Below the pieces are notes generated by a model. It was not told where the DNA came from, made no database searches, and was given only the letters and a program-made list of their open reading frames with translations. The position numbers and the translations under genes are program-made. From assembly GCA_038087875.1 (NCBI GenBank), contig CM075987.1:24802001-24866000 (forward strand): a DNA stretch of 64,000 nt, in the 5' to 3' direction. The number at the start of each line of letters is the position of its first letter. The stretch's first letter is position 1. Source of the stretch: Malacoraja senta (Eukaryota). This document shows positions 41,136 to 52,028 of the stretch, in pieces.

Positions 41136-41671
41136 CATAGATACATAGATACATAGAAAATAGGTGCAGGAGTAGGCCATTCGGCCCTTCGAGCCTGCAC
41201 CGCCATTCAATATGATCATGGCTGATCATCGAACTCAGTATCCTGTACCTGCCTTCTCTCCATACCCCCTGATCCCCTTAGCCACAAGGGCCGCATCTAA
41301 CTCCCTCTTAAATATAGCCAATGAACTGGCCTCAACTACCCTCTGTGGCAGAGAGTTCCAGAGATTCACCACTCTCTGTGTGAAAAAGTTTTTCCTCATC
41401 TCGGTCTTAAAGGATTTCCCCCCTTATCCTTAAGCTGTGACCCCTTGTCCTGGACTTCCCCAACATCGGGAACAATCTTCCTGCATCTAGCCTGTCCAAC
41501 CCCATAAGAATTTTGTACGTTTCTATAAGATCCCCTCTCAATCTCCTAAATTCCAGCGAGTATAAGCCAAGTCTATCCAGTCTTTCTTCATATGAAAGTC
41601 CTGACATCCCAGGAATCAGTCTGGTGAACCTTCTCTGCACTCCCTCTATGGCTATAATGTCCTTCCTCAGA
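41136..41671 (-). mobile_element. Young CR1 3' fragment nested in an older CR1 tail
   Basis: Reverse complement of ~51593-52125. Older CR1 tail sequence lies on both sides. Confidence 0.9.
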
Positions 41672-41839
41672 CACCCGCAATAATCAAGAATCAGTCTATC
41701 TCTGCCTTAAAAATATCCACTGACTTGGCCTCCACAGCCGTCTGTGGCAAAGAATTCCACAGATTCACCACCCTCTGGCTAATGAAATTTCTCCTCACTT
41801 CCTATCTAAAAATAACTTCCTTTAATTTTGTGTTATGAG

Positions 41840-42614
41840 TGTAAATCATGGCTAAAATAGAGCCAAAATAAAGTAGAGGATTCATGCATTTACAAGGTCT
41901 GTTAGCTCTTTCTGTGTGAAAAGCCACAGGCTGCTAGCTGGTGCCGGGAAGTCTAGGTCCCAGATCAGTACATCAGATAAGGAAGGTCCAAGTATCTTTG
42001 CAATTGTTAGTATGTATGAGAATCTTGCAGAGGAACTCCAAGGTATTGTAAATGCATGGGTTTAATTGGATTACTGCAAAGGAATTGTAAATAATGTTGC
42101 AAGACAGTTACCCTGCTGTTTGTTGATTGGCCAGAGTGTTAAGCCCTGGCAGAATTGGTTTGTGTTCCAGGGTAAATGTTGCACTATTCAGTTAACTTGA
42201 CTTCCTTCCAGAAGCTTCTATAAGAAACATTGTTTAAGACTTTTTGTAATTGGGTTGAGGAACTGTCAATAATGTATTGATGTAATTGATATGGATGATT
42301 AGATTGTAAGGAGAATCACCCCTATGTACTTCGGCCCCTCAAGGTTCGCGGACCTATAAAAGGTAGCCCCCCTTTTTAGAACGGTGTCGATCTTCTGGAA
42401 GGGCGCTTGGGACTGAGTGACCTTTTGGTCAGTGTCTGCTTGCACGAGGCTGAAGGGCTTGGCCGAGCAGAGACGAGGATCGAACCCGCGATGGTTAGTT
42501 ATCGTATAGGGGAATTTGTGTTTGTTCTAAAAATAAAGATGAGTTGGTCCAGTGCTTGAGTCAGTGTTTTACTGAACTAGTCTAGGGGGGTTAAGCTTTA
42601 GGAGCGTATTTACA
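41840..42614 (+). mobile_element. Solo LTR (775 bp)
   Basis: Termini TGTAAAT...ATTTACA; 4-bp TSD TGAG (41836-41839, 42615-42618); TATAAAA at 42355-42361; AATAAA at 42532-42537. Confidence 0.88.
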
Positions 42615-43797
42615 TGAGGAGGTGCTGGAGGAGCAGATTGGTCACAGGCTTAGGGAACTGAATGTCTGCGTGCCACCCTGCCACCAAATACCACTGTGTT
42701 GGTGTCAATTGAATTGAATTGAATTGAATTTAATAAATTGTATTAGCCAAGTATGTATACATACAAAGAATTTGCCTTGGTGCTTTGCTCGTAAGTAGAC
42801 AATTAAAAATAAAACATTGTAATTTAAACATGTGAAGAATTAAATAAGATACCAGAGCAAAAGGAGGCTACAGACTTTTGGCTGTTGAGCTACTGCTCGT
42901 GAAAAAAAAAATCAGTTTTTACGTCTGGCTGTGGTGGCTTTGACAGTCCGGAGTCGCCTTCCAGAGGGAAGTGCTTCAAAGAGTTTGTGTCCAGGGTGAG
43001 AGGGGTCAGAGATTGTCTTACCTGCTCGCTTCCTAACCATGCTTACTCAAGAGTTAAGGGTTAGACACTCAAAACTTTAACTGTTATCTGCATTGACTCC
43101 TGAACAATGGGAGTCTTCCTTGTAGCACCATTATTGGCCCGTAAACAGAGCACTCATAGATAATATATCATAAATGAAAAAATTAATTAGTTAATATCCA
43201 CAATACTGCCGCAGAAACATCCCTGAACTCCCTAGTGCAACCAAAGAGAGTCCATAGTTGAGGACAGTGTTTAGTTTAGTTTAGTTTAGTTTAGTTTAGT
43301 TTAGTTTAGAGATCCAGCGCAGAAACATGCCCTACACCCCACCGAGTCCGCACCAACCAGCGATCCCCGCACACACTAGGGACAATTGTAAATTGTGTAG
43401 GGTAGTGTTAATAGACAATAGACAATAGGTGCAGGAGTAGGCCATTCGGCCCTTCGAGCCAGCACCGCCATTCAATGTGATCATGGCTGATCATCCCCAA
43501 TCAGTAGCCCGTTCCTGCCTTCTCCCCACATCCCTGAACTCCGCTATCCCTAATGTGCGGGGATCGCTGGTTAGGTGCAGACTCGGTGGGCCGAAGAGAT
43601 TTTTTCTGCACTGTATCTCTGAATTAAACTAAACTAAAACATCGTGTCGGAAGGAACTAAAAATGTATTGGGCGTCACATGGGCCTTCAACAATCATAAT
43701 GGGATTTCCTATCCCCATTTACAGGAGATACCAACATGCAATGTAAAGGTATGAAACAAAACCAATCAGGTCATTTCTAAACACGTGCTCGACTCAC

Positions 43798-43986
43798 CGA
43801 AAGGTCATCTGGAAGACCTGACCCTGATTGACCTGCTGAGATTTGTTGTTGTAGCCGTGCAGCATTTCCACAAAGAGCGTGTCGTTGAGCTTGGCATCGA
43901 GCTTCTGGCACTTGGCACCATCACACGACTCGGAGAGGAGCAGGCAGGACTTGCTGTCGGATGCCAACCTGTACTCCTCCACACAG
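43798..43986 (-). CDS. ASTN2: Internal coding exon of astrotactin-2 (end of EGF-like segment and following linker), 189 nt, phase 2-2
   Basis: Translates (G)CVEEYRLASDSKSCLLLSESCDGAKCQKLDAKLNDTLFVEMLHGYNNKSQQVNQGQVFQMTF(R). This closely matches my recollection of vertebrate ASTN2 (GCVEEYKLAPDGKSCLMLSDVCEGPKCLKPDSKFNDTLFGEMLHGYNNRTQHVNQGQVFQMTFR) and less so ASTN1. Acceptor is a CT-rich tract plus GCAG (AG at 43988-43987); donor is GTGAGT (43797-43792). Confidence 0.93.
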
Positions 43987-45544
43987 CTGCCAGCAGAGAG
44001 AGCGAGAGAAAGGGAGAGAGAGAGAGGTACACCAATCAGACACAGCATTCAGAAGAGAAGGAACCTCTCAAAGATCGATCAATGTGGAAAATCACCATCA
44101 AAGGCTGTTTTACGATTTGGAATATTTACAGATCCTAACGTACATTTTTTGATATAAAATTGCTGCCAGTTGGTGTAACAGACAACTCTCAGGTTCAGCA
44201 CCTCTCATATGTGGCCAATACTTTAGTTTGGCTTAGAGATAAAGCACGGAAACCGGCGCTTTGGCTCACCGAGTCCGCGCCGACCACTGATCCCCGCACG
44301 TTAACACTATCCTACACACACCAGGGACAATTCTACAATTTTTACCGAGGCCAATTAACCAACAAACCTGTACGTCTTTGGAGTGTGGGAGGAAACCGGA
44401 GCACCCGGAGAAATCCCAGAGAACGTACAAACTCCGTACAGAATTGCTGCCTCACAGAACAGAGACCTGGGTTCGATCCTGACTACGGGTGCTTGCAGTT
44501 TGTAGTTTGGAGTTGGTACATTCTCACGATGACCGCGTGGGTTTTCTCCGGGTGCCCCGGTTTCCTCCCACACTCCAAAGACGTTGTCGGTCAATTAGCT
44601 TTGGCAAAAATCATAAATAGGCCCTAGTGTGTGTAGGTTAGGTTAGTGTTAGTGTTACTGTGCCGGATGATTGCTGGTTGCCGCGGACTTGTGGGCCGAC
44701 GGGCCTGTTTTTGTGCTGTATGTCTAAAGTCTCAAGTCTAAAGCCAAGCCTCTTTGGCTGTGCAGCTGAGAAAATGAAGCATTATATCTATTACCCAGGG
44801 GAGACATTGTGAAGAATGTCCTTGTGAATATTGAAATTTGCTCACAAATAAAATGAATCCCAGGAGGAGAGAATGTTCAACATTCGATAAGAAGTTGGTG
44901 ACAGCGAGAAAAACACCTGACGTAATTAAAAAGTGCCCAGACTCAATCATATCTATTTTGCCCGACTCGCCTTTACATGTTTTTACATCTCAGTAATACA
45001 AATGCACACATTTGTTATCAAGACTCCATTACTAATATGATAAGTAAAGGCAGGCTTTCCTTTTAAACCGGTTGGAAAGAATAATATAATCTCAAAACTC
45101 TATTAATGTTACAACATTGTAAGCTGCATAACCAGTTTGGCGCAGTAACTATGCATTTTAAACAAACACTATTTTTTTCTATATCTTCTTTGCATTCCAT
45201 TGACTCACTTTGAAATGAGCTGAAATTGGAAAACTTTATTAATTCTATTAATATGCACCCAGTGGTAAAATCAAAATATCACCACACTGACAGTAGATAA
45301 AAAACACTCCATCTTATTTAACGTGCAGTGTTTCAAATGGCGATTAATTGCTTTTGTTCCCCGTTTGTTTACATAATAAATCTTTGTCATTAAACCCTTT
45401 GAAATCTCTAAAGAGCGATCTGTATTCAAACAGCGGAAACATCCAATAAAACTGGCACCTTGTTGATAAAGTGAATCTGGATCTTGTTTTTATGTATTTT
45501 GTTATTAATCGAATTACGTCATAAGCACTACTCTAATCTCATCT

Positions 45545-46070
45545 AGTTTAGTTTGGTTTATTTTATTATTGTCATGTGTACTGAGGTTCAGTGAAAAGCT
45601 TTTGAGGTGCATGCTATCCAGATAGCGATAAGACTGTGAGTAAGTAAGTAAGTAAGTTTATTGGCCAAGTATTCACGCACATGATGACAATCAAGCTGTC
45701 CATGGTGTACAGACACAGGTTCCTGAGTTACTGAGTTTAGTTTCTTGTCACGTGTACCAAGGTAGAGCTTTTGTGCTAAATAATGCTTAGTGCAAGATAA
45801 AGTCCAGTAAAGTCTGATTAGAGAGAGTCCGAGGGTCTCCAATGAGGTAGATGGTAGTTCAGGACTGCTCTCTAGTCGTTGGTAGGATGGTTCAGTCGCC
45901 TGATAACAGCTGGGAAGAAACTGACCCTGAATCTGGAGATGTGCGTTTTCACACTTCTGCACCACTTGCCTAATGGGAGAGGGGAGAAGTGGGAGTGAGC
46001 GGGATGAGACTCGTCCTTGATTGTGCTGGTGGCCTTGCCGAGGCAGCGTGAGGCGTAGATGGAGTCACGC
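45545..46070 (-). mobile_element. Rex1/Babar-type LINE 3' fragment; related 3' ends at ~9210-9800, 17360-17610, 25470-25750, 33940-34190, 34215-34680, 46345-46570 and 48180-48427
   Basis: C-terminal motif HPAHSHFSPLP.G...SVKT...RFRVSFFPAVIRRLN. Shared tail AAAAGCTTTTCACTGTACCTCGGTACACGTGACAATAAAC. Confidence 0.72.
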
Positions 46071-47204
46071 GTAGTTTCAGAGCCATTCACTTGTCAACAA
46101 AAGCATCTTGCTGCCATTTTGAAATGTCGTTAAATAGACAGGGCTCTGCAGTCAGTACAGCATATCATACAGGTAACTTGGGGAATTGGTTACAAACTTG
46201 AATCTCTAACCCACCCCCAGCATACATGGAGCAGAGCGGAGCAGAGAGCTGAAAATCTGTTGCATCAGGTGTGCATGTTTGCATTTAATGAATAAAAATT
46301 ATGTCAAAGCTTTTAATAGTAACTGACCAGGAAGAGGGGATTAGTTTTAGTTGTAGTTTAGTTTATCGTCACGTGTACCATGATACAGTCAAACACATTT
46401 CTTGCGTGCTAACCAGTCAGCAGAACGCCAATACATGATTACAATCAACCCATTTACAGTGTATAGATACACGATAAGGGAATAATGTTCCGTGCAAGGT
46501 AAAGTCAATTCCAATCAAGGATAGTCCAAGGGTCACCAAAGAGGAAGGTTGCAGTACAGCACAGCTCTTGAAGAAGATTCTAGATTGCTCACACATGGAC
46601 TTAATGCAACACATTGCACGGCCGCTCCAGACATTCCATGCTGCTGAGGAGTGTTCACCCGACGCCGGAGTTCCATCTTCCCGGCAAGAGGGCCTGAAAA
46701 CATCGGACTGGCTGCGGAGGCCACAAATATAGGCCCCGACCTCGGGTGGTCACAGAGGAAGAGGACTAAACTTCTGACGCCTTTCCCCACATTTTGATTC
46801 TGTTGTGGGGGGGGGGGGGGGGGGACGTTCATGTTGAATTCTATAATGTGTTGTGTCATTTTTATTTATTTTTTATTTTTCTATGGATGTACGGATACTG
46901 AATTATTTCTTCTATGAAAAGCACTTTGGTTTCAACGCGAGTTGATTTAAACGTGCTATATAAATAAAATTTACTTACTTACATTTAAAATGCTCTTGTA
47001 AAGGGACATGGATATGCTAGAAATTGGAGGGTATGGACAACATGCAGGCAAAGGAGATTAGTTTAACAGGGCATGATATTTGGCATGGGCATTGTGGGCC
47101 CAAGGGTAAAGGGACGAATTCTGTTCCTGTGCAGTACCGTTCTCTAAAGCTCACAGAGGGATGGAGTAACTCAGCTTGTCAGGCAGCATCTCCAGAGGAC
47201 ATGG

Positions 47205-47700
47205 GTAGAGTCATAGAGTGATACAGTGTGTAAACAGGCCCTTCTGCCCAACTTCCCCACACTGGCCAACAATATCCCAGCTACCCTAGTCACAGTTGCC
47301 TGTGCCTGGTCCATATCCCTCCAAACCTGTCCTATCCATGTACCTGTCCAACTGTTTCTTAAATGATGGGATAGTCCCAGCCTCAACTACCTCCTCTGGC
47401 AGCTTGTTCCATACACCCACCATCCTCTGTGTGAAAAAGTTACCTCTCGGATTCCTATTAAATCTTTTTCCCTTCACCTTGAACCTATGTCCTCTGGTCC
47501 TCGATTCCCCTACTCTGGGTAAAAGATTCTGTGCATCTACCCGATCTATTACTCTCATGATTTTGTACACCTCTATAAGATCTCCCCTTATCCTCCTGCA
47601 CTCCATGGAATAGAGACCCAGCCTACTCACCCTCTCCCTGTAGCTCACACACTCTAGTCCTGGCAACATCCTCATAAATCTTTCAAGCTTGACAATATCA
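47205..47700 (-). mobile_element. CR1 3' fragment
   Basis: Reads RMLPGLECVSYRERVSRLGLYS...DRTGLEGYG, followed by a 3' tail. Confidence 0.85.
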
Positions 47701-48427
47701 AAGGTATGATTCAGGTCAGGATACTTCTGTAGACCCTTCTTGAGTCTGCAAAAGGTCCCCGACCTGAAACATCTTCTGTCCAAGTCCTCCAGAGATGCAC
47801 TCCAGCCCTTATTCCAGCAATCCCTGGACATATTGGGGATTTTGTGCACGTTAGTTAAGGTTGCAGACATCTCCCTACTTCTCCGGAAAGTAACGGCAAA
47901 GCTGCTGCGAAAGTGCGGAAAGCTCGGCGGAGGTGGAATTCCGTGAGAGAGTCGCTGGAAACATCGGGAGTGGAGAGCAGGGGCCGGTGGGAGGGGGGAA
48001 CTGGGGTAATCCCTCCAGCGCATAAGGTAGGCCGCTGCCGGGACACACGATGGCTGGGCGATGAGGAGAGAGGGACGACGGTCTGTAGTCCGAGTTGGTC
48101 GTGGGCGACGGAGGGGATTCGGGAGCTGCTCCGGAAGACCGAACACGTGGGGATCCGGACTTTAAACTCAATGAAATCAGTTTAGTTTATTGTCACGTGT
48201 ACCGAGGTACAGTGAAAAGCTTTTGTTGCGTGCTAACCAGTCAGCGGAAAGACAATACATGATTACAATCGAGCCATTTACAGTGTATAGATACATGATA
48301 AGGGAATAACTTATAGCGCAAGGTAAAGCCAGCAAAGTCTGATCAAGGATAGTCCGAGGCTCTCCAATGAGGTTGATAGTTGTGGTCGGATGCTCGCTTG
48401 TTGTGGTACGACGGTTCATTTGCCTAA

Positions 48428-48912
48428 TAGTTAGGGGGTCAGACAGGCGATTCTGTGGACGCAGTCGGGAGACCCGGATGGTAGTTTGCCTCCCTGGTGC
48501 CAGGGTCTGTGATGTGTCCCAACGTGTCCAAGACATCCTGAAAGGGCAGGGAGAGGAGCCCGAGGTCGTGATACATATAGGTACCAATGACATAGGTAAA
48601 AAAAGAGAAGAGGTCCTGAAAGGAGAATTTAGGGAGTTAGGAGGGGAGTTAAAGAGAAGGACAGCAAAGGTAACAATCTCGGGATTACTGCCTGTACCAC
48701 GCGACAGTGAGAGTAGGAATGGAGCGAGGTGGAGGATAAATGCGTGGCTGAAGGACTGGTGCAGAAGGCAGGGATTCAAATTTCTGGATCATTGGGACTT
48801 CTTTTGTGGAAGGTTCGACCTGTACAAAAAGGATGGGTTGCGCTTGAACCTGAGGGGGACCGATATCCTGGCGGGGAGATCTGCAAAGGCTACTGGGGAG
48901 ACTTTAAACTAG
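48428..48912 (+). CDS. CR1 ORF1 C-terminal part (SGNH/GDSL esterase-like domain)
   Basis: Motifs VVCLPGARV, VVIHIGTNDIG, ISGLLPVP and DGLRLN (DxxH histidine replaced by R), ending ETLN-stop. Confidence 0.85.
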
Positions 48913-51900
48913 AATGGTTGGGGGGAGGGACTCAAATAGAGAATGCTATTAGACAGTGTGTGAGGCAGGAGGCAGAGAAGGAAAGCACTCAGACCCAACA
49001 TGTAGGGGGGAAAGAAGAAAACAATAATAAACAGAGAATAAGAGGTGGTGGGGTTCTTAAATGGGTGAGCAGAGAAACAGAGGGGTGTAAAATGCGGGCG
49101 GAAGCAATAGGTAGCAAGGTGAAAGGTAAAAGTGGCAGGCAGACAAATCCAGGACAAAAATCAAAAAGAGCCACTTTTCAACATAATTGTATAAGGGGTA
49201 AGAGCGTTGTAAAAACAAGTCTGAAGGCTTTGTGTCTCAATGCAAGGAGCATTCGTAATAAGGTGGATGAGTTGAACGTGCAGATGGCAATTAATGATTA
49301 TGATATAGTTGGGATCACGGAGACATGGCTCCAAGGTGACCAAGGCTGGGAGCTGAACATCCAGGGATATTCAATATTCAGGAGGGATAGAGAGAAAGGA
49401 AAAGGAGGTGGGGTGGCGTTGCTGGTTAGAGAGGAGATTAACGCAGTGGAAAGGAAGGACATTAGCTTGGAGGATGTGGAATCGGTATGGGTAGAGCTGC
49501 GAAACACTAAGGGGCAGAAAACGCTGGTGGGCGTTGTGTACAGGCCACCTAGCAGTAGTAGTGAAGTTGGGGATGGCATCAAACAGGAAATTAGAAATGC
49601 GTGCAACAAAGGCAAAACAGTTATAATGGGTGACTTCAATCTACATATAGATTGGGTGAATCAAATTGGCAGGGGTGCTGAGGAAGAGGATTTCTTGGAA
49701 TGTATGAGGGATAGTTATCTAAACCAACATGTAGAGGAACCAACGAGAGAGCAGGCTATTCTAGACTGGGTATTGAGTAATGAGGAAGGGTTAGTTAGCA
49801 GACTTGTTGTGCGTGCCCCCTTGGGCAAGAGTGATCATAATATGGTTGAGTTCTTCATTAGGATGGAGAGTGACATTGTTAATTCAGAAACAACGGTTCT
49901 GAACTTAAAGAAAGGTAACTTTGAGGGTATGAGACATGAATTGGCCAAGATTGACTGGCAATTAGTTCTAAAAGGGTTGACGGTGGATATGCAATGGAAG
50001 GCATTTAAAGACTGCATGGATGAACTACAAAAATTGTTCATCCCAGTTTGGCAAAAGAATAAATCAAGGAAGGTAGTGCATCCGTGGATAACAAGGGAAA
50101 TCAGGGATAGTATCAAAGCAAAAGATGATGCGTACAAATTAGCCAGAAAAAGCAGCATACCAGAGGACTGGGAGAAATTCAGAGACCAGCAGAGGAGGAC
50201 AAAGGGCTTAATTAGGAAAGGGAAAATAGATTATGAAAGGAAACTGGCAGGGAACATAAAAACTGACTGCAAAAGTTTTTATAGATATGTGAAGAGAAAG
50301 AGATTAGTTAAATCAAATGTAGGTCCCTTGCAGTCAGAAACAGGTGAATTGATCATGGGGAACAAGGATATGGCAGACCAATTGAATAACTACTTTGGTT
50401 CCGTCTTCACTAAGGAAGACATAAATAATCTGCCGGAAATAGCAGGGGGCCGCGGGTCAAAGGAGATGGAGGAACTGAGTGAAATCCAGGTTAGTCGGGA
50501 AGTGGTGTTGGGTAAATTGAATGGATTAAAGGCCGATAAATCACCAGGGCCAGATAGGCTGCATCCCAGAGTACTTAAGGAAGTAGCTCCAGAAATAGTG
50601 GATGCATTAGTGATAATTTTTCAAAACTCTTTAGATTCTGGAGTAGTTCCTGAGGATTGGAGGGTAGCAAACGTAACCCCACTTTTTAAGAAGGGAGGGA
50701 GAGAGAAAACGGGGAATTACAGACCAGTTAGTCTAACATCGGTAGTGGGGAAACTGCTAGAGTCAGTTATTAAAGATGGGATAGCAGCACATTTGGAAAG
50801 TGGTGAAATCATTGGACAAAGTCAGCATGGATTTACGAAAGGTAAATCGTGTCTGACGAATCTTATAGAATTTTTCGAGGATGTAACTAGTAGAGTGGAT
50901 AGGGGAGAACCAGTGGATGTGTTGTATCTGGACTTTCAGAAGGCTTTCGACAAGGTACCACATAAGAGATTAGGATACAAACTTAAATCACACGGTATTG
51001 GGGGTTCAGTATTGATGTGGATAGAGAACTGGCTGGCAAACAGGAAGCAAAGAGTAGGAGTAAACGGGTCCTTTTCACAATGGCAGGCAGTGACTAGTGG
51101 GGTACCACAAGGCTCAGTGCTGGGACCCCAGCTATTTACAATTTATATTAATGATCTGGACGAGGGAATTGAAAGCAACATCTCCAAGTTTGCGGATGAC
51201 ACTAAGCTGGGGGGCAGTGTTAGCTGTGAGGAGGATGCTAGGAGACTGCAAGGTGACTTGGATAGGCTGGGTGAGTGGGCAAATGTTTGGCAGATGCAGT
51301 ATAATGTGGATAAATGTGAGGTTATCCACTTTGGTAGCAAAAACGGGAAGGCAGACTATTATCTAAATGGTGGCCGATTAGGAAATGGGGAGATGCAGCG
51401 AGACCTGGGTGTCATGGTACACCAGTCATTGAAAGTAGGCATGCAGGTGCAGCAGGCAGTGAAGAAAGCGAATGGTATGTTGGCCTTCATAGCAAGAGGA
51501 TTTGAGTATAGGAGCAGTGAGGTTCTACTGCAGTTGTACAGGGTCTTGGTGAGACCACACCTGGAGTATTGCGTACAGTTTTGGTCTCCAAATCTGAGGA
51601 AGGACATTATAGCCATAGAGGGAGTGCAGAGAAGGTTCACCAGACTGATTCCTGGGATGTCAGGACTTTCATATGAAGAAAGACTGGATAGACTTGGCTT
51701 ATACTCACTAGAATTTAGGAGATTGAGAGGGGATCTTATAGAAACGTACAAGATTCTTATGGGGTTGGACAGGCTAGATGCAGGAAGATTGTTCCCGATG
51801 TTGGGGAAGTCCAGGACAAGGGGTCACAGCTTAAGGATAAGGGGAAAATCCTTTAAGACCGAGATGAGGAAAAACTTTTTCACACAGAGAGTGGTGAATC

Positions 51901-52028
51901 TCTGGAACTCTCTGCCACAGAGGGTAGTTGAGGCCAGTTCATTGGCTATATTTAAGAGGGAATTAGATGTGGCCCTTGTGGCTAAAGGGATCAGGGGGTA
52001 TGGAGAGAAGGCAGGTACGGGATACTGA
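48903..52028 (+). CDS. CR1 ORF2: apurinic-like endonuclease plus reverse transcriptase, no stops or frameshifts; first in-frame ATG at 49092
   Basis: APE motifs LNARSI, ITETW, GGGVA, VYRPP, GDFN, SDH. RT motifs PGPD, YRPVSLTS, QHGF, LDFQKAFDKV, GVPQGSVLGP, FADDTK. Confidence 0.95.
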   Translation, partial: FKLEWLGGGTQIENAIRQCVRQEAEKESTQTQHVGGKEENNNKQRIRGGGVLKWVSRETEGCKMRAEAIGSKVKGKSGRQTNPGQKSKRATFQHNCIRGKSVVKTSLKALCLNARSIRNKVDELNVQMAINDYDIVGITETWLQGDQGWELNIQGYSIFRRDREKGKGGGVALLVREEINAVERKDISLEDVESVWVELRNTKGQKTLVGVVYRPPSSSSEVGDGIKQEIRNACNKGKTVIMGDFNLHIDWVNQIGRGAEEEDFLECMRDSYLNQHVEEPTREQAILDWVLSNEEGLVSRLVVRAPLGKSDHNMVEFFIRMESDIVNSETTVLNLKKGNFEGMRHELAKIDWQLVLKGLTVDMQWKAFKDCMDELQKLFIPVWQKNKSRKVVHPWITREIRDSIKAKDDAYKLARKSSIPEDWEKFRDQQRRTKGLIRKGKIDYERKLAGNIKTDCKSFYRYVKRKRLVKSNVGPLQSETGELIMGNKDMADQLNNYFGSVFTKEDINNLPEIAGGRGSKEMEELSEIQVSREVVLGKLNGLKADKSPGPDRLHPRVLKEVAPEIVDALVIIFQNSLDSGVVPEDWRVANVTPLFKKGGREKTGNYRPVSLTSVVGKLLESVIKDGIAAHLESGEIIGQSQHGFTKGKSCLTNLIEFFEDVTSRVDRGEPVDVLYLDFQKAFDKVPHKRLGYKLKSHGIGGSVLMWIENWLANRKQRVGVNGSFSQWQAVTSGVPQGSVLGPQLFTIYINDLDEGIESNISKFADDTKLGGSVSCEEDARRLQGDLDRLGEWANVWQMQYNVDKCEVIHFGSKNGKADYYLNGGRLGNGEMQRDLGVMVHQSLKVGMQVQQAVKKANGMLAFIARGFEYRSSEVLLQLYRVLVRPHLEYCVQFWSPNLRKDIIAIEGVQRRFTRLIPGMSGLSYEERLDRLGLYSLEFRRLRGDLIETYKILMGLDRLDAGRLFPMLGKSRTRGHSLRIRGKSFKTEMRKNFFTQRVVNLWNSLPQRVVEASSLAIFKRELDVALVAKGIRGYGEKAGTGY

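Noticed and set aside
48729..48902. ORF-track start of the 1099-aa protein
   Set aside because: A GTG start overlapping ORF1 under a bacterial-style start rule; not a credible eukaryotic initiation site.
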